Shown here piece after piece: positions 62,474-64,000 of a stretch of DNA of 64,000 nucleotides. The stretch's first letter is position 1. Each line of letters begins with the position of its first letter. The notes beneath the pieces were generated by a model. It was given only the letters and a program-made list of their open reading frames with translations. It ran no database searches and had not been told where the DNA came from. Origin of the DNA: Mustelus asterias (lineage: Eukaryota); the NCBI RefSeq assembly GCF_964213995.1, contig NC_135830.1, positions 5,022,001 through 5,086,000 on the forward strand. The letters run 5' to 3'. A program made the position numbers and the translations under genes.

Positions 62474-62664
62474 AAAGAGAAAATGCTGGAAAATCTCATC
62501 AAGTCTGGCAGCATCTGTAAGGAGAGAGAAGAGCTGACTTTTCGATTCCAGATGACCCTTTTGTCAAAGCTTTGTCAAAAGGTCATCTGGATTCCAAATG
62601 TCAGCTATTTTCTCTCCTCCCAGATATTGCCAGGCCTGCTGAGATTTTCCAGCAATATCTCTTT
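62474..62664. repeat. inverted repeat of two Penelope-like terminal-repeat fragments
   Basis: ~95-bp arms meeting without a spacer at AAAG|CTTT (62569/62570). Confidence 0.85.
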
Positions 62665-63109
62665 TGGTTTCAATTCCAGAATCCGTAGTAATTTGCTTTT
62701 ATACTTCAAACGACATCGTCTCTTTGGAAATAACTGAAAACCGAAGATTCCTATCTTTACCCTGTCTGTTCTGCATAGACTCCAATTCCACTATGATGAA
62801 AATGACTCTTAGCCACTACTGAAATTGCCGAGCAGGCCAGTCAGCTGTATCAAAGCTGCTATGGAAAAACAAATAATAAAATCATCCAGAGGGCAGGTTT
62901 CAACAAGGTGGTTCACAACAGCCTTCTCAGCAGGGACAACTAAATGTTGGCTTTGTCAGTGATGCTCACATCCAGAGGATCAATAACAACAGTGTAAAGT
63001 GCTGCCGATTCTGGAAATCTAAAACTAAAGCAACACAAATGCTACTCAGCAGGTCAGTGTACATCAGCAGATAGAGAACCAGATTCACATTTAAAATCGA
63101 TGCCAGGAT

Positions 63110-63365
63110 GCAAAATCTCATTGATATATTCGAAAGAGCAAGGCTGTTCTCCCCAATATCCTACCTTAATACTGATTCTTCAAACAAAATCACAAATTTA
63201 CTGGCAATTTATCACATCTCGGTTTGTGGGAGTTTGTTGTACGTACATTACCTGTTGTATTTGCAACATGATAGCAGTGACTAAATTCAGCAAAGGTACA
63301 TCAGTGAGTTTTAAGAACTTTGGGACGACATGAAGTCGGGTAAAGGGTTCTATAAATGTAAGCTC
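63110..63365 (+). mobile_element. DeuSINE relic (paralog of 47040-47300)
   Basis: Same motifs as the 47040 copy. Confidence 0.65.
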
Positions 63366-63439
63366 TACCAAAATGAAAGTTGTAATACGTTGGAAGTGCT
63401 GAGAGATTAATGCGAATATATTCATTCCTCTGCTGATCA

Positions 63440-63925
63440 TAGCAGCATAGAATCATCGAATCCAGTGCAGTGCAGTGGGAGGCCATTCGGTCCATCAAGT
63501 CTGCAGCTGCTCTCCAGCAGAGCATCCTATCCAGGCCCAGCCTTCACCCTATCCCGACAACCTCACATATTCAGAGGCTAATGTCTCTAACCTACACATC
63601 GTTGCACACTAAGGGGCAATTTAGAATCGCCATTCCACCTTGGGCCTGGGAATGATGCCCTGCTGGACAGCTGGTTCAGACTTGATGAAGCGATGGTCTC
63701 CTTCTGCACTGTAGGGGTTTTGTGATTCTACGTTGCTCATCCTTGGACTCAAAGGAGCAATTTATCGTACCAATCCACCTAACCGGTACATCCTTGGACT
63801 GTGGAAGGAAACCGGAGCACCGGAGGAAACTCACATGGACATGGTAGAATGTGAAAAACCACACACAGTCACCCAAGGTTGGAATCGAACCCTCTTCCCT
63901 GTCACTGTGAGGCTGCAATGCTACT
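63440..63925 (-). mobile_element. two HE1-type V-SINE pieces
   Basis: Tail plus V-domain segments at 63440-63645 and 63700-63925. Confidence 0.75.
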
Positions 63926-64000
63926 TGTATCACTTAGTGATAACCACACTGGATTTTTTATTCTTCCCTCGTGTGAGTCTGATCACTAATTATGACAGGA

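Overview
Repeat-rich eukaryotic DNA, almost certainly from a cartilaginous fish (shark or ray): it carries HE1-type V-SINEs, HER1/CR1 LINEs, DeuSINE-like relics and Penelope-like elements. I find no intact cellular protein-coding gene; nearly all long ORFs are retroelement-derived. The first ~30 kb is a tRNA gene cluster. It holds an intact tRNA-Leu(TAG), an intact tRNA-Pro(AGG) with an 18-nt canonical-position intron, a near-intact tRNA-Arg(ACG), and several Ser/Leu/Glu/Arg pseudogenes. It also holds a ~17 kb tandem array of ~1.22 kb units carrying decaying tRNA-Val copies, most with a Penelope-derived hammerhead-like motif. Two T-cell-receptor alpha/delta-type V pseudogene segments with 23-RSSs sit among these tRNAs on the minus strand. 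The array is interrupted by a young near-full-length CR1, a truncated CR1 and a poly(A)-tailed Tx1-like 3' end. The remaining ~34 kb is nested LINE/SINE debris, dispersed minisatellites, an old ~0.7 kb duplication, a ~190 bp palindrome and some possible decayed exons. All calls were made by eye; repeat boundaries are approximate.
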